A DNA stretch of 64,000 nt from Octopus bimaculoides (lineage: Eukaryota), in the NCBI RefSeq assembly GCF_001194135.2, contig NC_069008.1, forward strand, positions 14,654,686 through 14,718,685. The letters are read 5' to 3'. Under the pieces are notes generated by a model. That model saw nothing but the letters and a program-made list of their open reading frames with translations, had not been told where the DNA came from and did not search any database. Within the stretch, counting starts at the first letter, position 1, and each line of letters opens with the position of its first letter. This document shows positions 60,733 through 64,000 of the stretch, piece after piece. The position numbers were made by a program, and so were the translations under genes.

Positions 60733-61870
60733 NNNNNNNNNNNNNNNNNNNNNNNNNNNNNNNNNNNNNNNNNNNNNNNNNNNNNNNNNNNNNNNNNNNN
60801 NNNNNNNNNNNNNNNNNNNNNNNNNNNNNNNNNNNNNNNNNNNNNNNNNNNNNNNNNNNNNNNNNNNNNNNNNNNNNNNNNNNNNNNNNNNNNNNNNNNN
60901 NNNNNNNNNNNNNNNNNNNNNNNNNNNNNNNNNNNNNNNNNNNNNNNNNNNNNNNNNNNNNNNNNNNNNNNNNNNNNNNNNNNNNNNNNNNNNNNNNNNN
61001 NNNNNNNNNNNNNNNNNNNNNNNNNNNNNNNNNNNNNNNNNNNNNNNNNNNNNNNNNNNNNNNNNNNNNNNNNNNNNNNNNNNNNNNNNNNNNNNNNNNN
61101 NNNNNNNNNNNNNNNNNNNNNNNNNNNNNNNNNNNNNNNNNNNNNNNNNNNNNNNNNNNNNNNNNNNNNNNNNNNNNNNNNNNNNNNNNNNNNNNNNNNN
61201 NNNNNNNNNNNNNNNNNNNNNNNNNNNNNNNNNNNNNNNNNNNNNNNNNNNNNNNNNNNNNNNNNNNNNNNNNNNNNNNNNNNNNNNNNNNNNNNNNNNN
61301 NNNNNNNNNNNNNNNNNNNNNNNNNNNNNNNNNNNNNNNNNNNNNNNNNNNNNNNNNNNNNNNNNNNNNNNNNNNNNNNNNNNNNNNNNNNNNNNNNNNN
61401 NNNNNNNNNNNNNNNNNNNNNNNNNNNNNNNNNNNNNNNNNNNNNNNNNNNNNNNNNNNNNNNNNNNNNNNNNNNNNNNNNNNNNNNNNNNNNNNNNNNN
61501 NNNNNNNNNNNNNNNNNNNNNNNNNNNNNNNNNNNNNNNNNNNNNNNNNNNNNNNNNNNNNNNNNNNNNNNNNNNNNNNNNNNNNNNNNNNNNNNNNNNN
61601 NNNNNNNNNNNNNNNNNNNNNNNNNNNNNNNNNNNNNNNNNNNNNNNNNNNNNNNNNNNNNNNNNNNNNNNNNNNNNNNNNCTACAGAACATCATTAAAT
61701 TGTAAATCAGTCAGCGAGAAACATTCTAGCAGTGAGTAGAAAATGTGTCTGCCTTGGAAATATTCCACACTTGTAAACAGAGATGTGCAATATCGAAAGG
61801 GACGAAGTGAGCAACGGTAGATTATATCTAAAGACAATTTTCAGCTTTTGAGAATTCCTCGAGAATTAAT

Positions 61871-62638
61871 ATGGAGAACGTTACACAGACTGGCAGAAAT
61901 GAGGAACCTATATATAACGAAACATTTTCTAAAGAAAGATCTGGAGAAAAACCATATCATTGTGAAATATGTGGGGAATCTTTCATTTCTCAAAGTAGTT
62001 TAAACATGCACAACCGGACTCACACTGGAGAGAAACCTTTCCACTGTGAATTATGTGGGAAACGTTTTATTGATGTTGCTCATCTAATAAGACACAAACG
62101 AACCCACACTGGAGAAAAGCCATATCATTGTGAGATATGTGGGAAATGTTTTATTGAAAATTCAAAACTTGTGGGACACATACGTAGTCACACTGGAGAA
62201 AGGCCATTCCACTGTGAAATTTGTGGGAAATCCTTCTCTGATAATTCTAATCTTGTTGTCCACAAGCGTATCCACACTGGAGAGAAGCCTTTCCACTGTG
62301 AAATTTGCGAGACATCTTTTGGTGATAAAAGTTCTTTAAAGAGACATGTACGTATCCACTCTGGGGAAAAACCTTTCCATTGTGAAATATGTGGGAAATC
62401 TTTTCTTGATAATGGTAATTTAAGAAAACACATACGTAGACATATAGGAGCAGAACCTTTCCACTGTGAAATATGTGGTAAATCTCTCATTAGTAATGCT
62501 AGTCTAATTATACATAAAAGAACACACACTGGAGAAAGACCTTTCCACTGTGATATATGTGGTAAGTCTTTTTCCAGCAACTATAATTTAAACAGGCACA
62601 ACAGAACACACTCTGGAGAAGAAACCATAAAATTGTGA
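61871..62638 (+). CDS. C2H2 zinc-finger protein G, 8 fingers
   Basis: Intact 255-aa ORF; leader MENVTQTGR shared with F; lacks the atypical first finger. Confidence 0.92.
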   Translation: MENVTQTGRNEEPIYNETFSKERSGEKPYHCEICGESFISQSSLNMHNRTHTGEKPFHCELCGKRFIDVAHLIRHKRTHTGEKPYHCEICGKCFIENSKLVGHIRSHTGERPFHCEICGKSFSDNSNLVVHKRIHTGEKPFHCEICETSFGDKSSLKRHVRIHSGEKPFHCEICGKSFLDNGNLRKHIRRHIGAEPFHCEICGKSLISNASLIIHKRTHTGERPFHCDICGKSFSSNYNLNRHNRTHSGEETIKL

Positions 62639-62951
62639 AATATGACCTTAATATAACATACTGTTGACCGATATCTGATTTAAACTGATCCTTTCCTTAG
62701 CTAAAAACTACAAGTAATGTATATATTATATGCTATTCACATAATAAAGAATACAGACATATTTGTTTAATCAATAATTGTGTTGTTTAATAGTTTGAGA
62801 CATTTTTTATAAAAGATATATTCTGCTGCAATGATTTAGAATAGTGGGGCTNNNNNNNNNNNNNNNNNNNNNNNNNNNNNNNNNNNNNNNNNNNNNNNNN
62901 NNNNNNNNNNNNNNNNNNNNNNNNNNNNNNNNNNNNNNNNNNNNNNNNNNN

Positions 62952-63545
62952 TCTCCATATTAATTCTCGAGGAATTCTCAAAAGCTGAAAATTGTCTTTA
63001 GATATAATCTACCGTTGCTCACTTCGTCCCTTTCGATATTGCACATCTCTGTTTACAAGTGTGGAATATTTCCAAGGCAGACACATTTTCTACTCACTGC
63101 TAGAATGTTTCTCGCTGACTGATTTACAATTTAATGATGTTCTGTAGTCCACAAATATAAAGCATCCATATACGCGTGATAACAGACATTCTTATGAGAT
63201 AGGCATTGTTCTACAAGTTACAAAGGAGGGATCAGTCAGGACATCTGTAAATAAGAGAAGGTATAGTAGTGTAAGATCGATGTAAAGTGAACAATGTTGT
63301 TCTAAGGTGACAATCGAAGGAGTGAGTCTTTCTGACTTGAAGAGGAACAGAAAAATTAAGAAGGATCAGAGTAAAAGATAATAATTAGTTTCTGGTTAAT
63401 TAATACGAGATAATTACAATACATGATATAATTAGATTAATTAGCTAAAATAATTACAAACATATTCAGAAGGCGGTGTCGTTCACAGTTTTTTTGCTTC
63501 GATTGAATGACACCGGTGACAGGTGTAAAGTGTCCCTAACATAAT
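62952..63545 (-). promoter_or_regulatory. F/G-type 5' cassette, inverted relative to gene G
   Basis: 62952-63147 is the exact reverse complement of 61682-61877; continues into a cassette homologous to 55496-56110. Confidence 0.65.
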
Positions 63546-63602
63546 TTAATATATTCAGAAACAGCTTCATTTTATATTAAATGCCTTTTATAGATAAGAT
63601 AA

Positions 63603-63880
63603 AGATCCCCATCGGTCATGAATGAGGTGCAAGTCCGGACAGGGTTGTTTATGGAAGACCAGCAGCCGTCCATGTATACCAGTCTCCCCTCACTACGCCA
63701 CTGATGTTGTCCATGGGAAAGGCAATGGCCGATACAGCTTGGCACCAGTAGCGTCGCAACGTATTTCTACAGCTGAGTGAAATGGAGCAAATGAAATAAA
63801 TTGTCTTTTTGAAGAACACAACACACAGACTATCGAACTCACTACCTCATGATTTAATCACTGAGCCATGTACCTTCACT
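63603..63880 (-). mobile_element. SINE-like repeat
   Basis: Reverse complement begins with a tRNA-like head (catggctcagtg...gagttcgatagtc). Confidence 0.45.
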
Positions 63881-64000
63881 TTATATTAATATGCTCCTTG
63901 TATCGAGCCATTGTGAATAAAAAATAAGTTGCAGAAAACTGTGGTATCTTGTATGTGGTAAATCATCCTGCTGGAAATAGTAGTCAAATCTTCTTCGTAT

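Noticed and set aside
59575-61739. Long X-containing ORFs (also at 2798-3140, 16107-16581, 35416-36870, 57499-57930 and 62787-62981)
   Set aside because: They are open only because N-gaps translate as X. Only the flanking RTE and CRE peptides are meaningful.
1007-62638. CRISPR-like or other prokaryotic repeat array
   Set aside because: The 84-bp periodicity is protein-coding finger repetition in a eukaryotic locus.

Overview
AT-rich animal genomic DNA with nine N-gaps. The SINE/RTE repeat families and the dense tandem C2H2 array suggest a cephalopod, probably Octopus; this is inference and no search was run. The window is a cluster of eight paralogous poly-C2H2 zinc-finger genes whose finger arrays each lie in one exon. 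I label them Z1 (1007 +), A (8868 -), B (18114 +), C (33892 +), D (42008 +), E (49615 -), F (55495 -) and G (61871 +). They carry 8-18 fingers with TGEKP linkers and no recognisable KRAB/SCAN/BTB/ZAD domain. The genes share a ~470-620 bp 5' cassette containing a CACCGGTG motif, a small upstream exon, a short intron and the AATTAATATGGAGAA start context. Most also share an N-terminal leader with an acidic, non-canonical first finger, and a dead finger just after the stop codon. Gene A has an in-frame TGA at a Cys codon. Intergenic DNA is filled with decayed elements: Penelope-like, RTE, R4-like, R2-like and CRE-like retroposons, a Gypsy-type LTR with a tRNA-Trp PBS, mariner, MITEs, tRNA-derived SINEs and microsatellites. 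The last 6 kb shows contig overlaps suggesting local mis-scaffolding. Splice sites, expression and element family names are hand-read inferences, and repeat boundaries are approximate.
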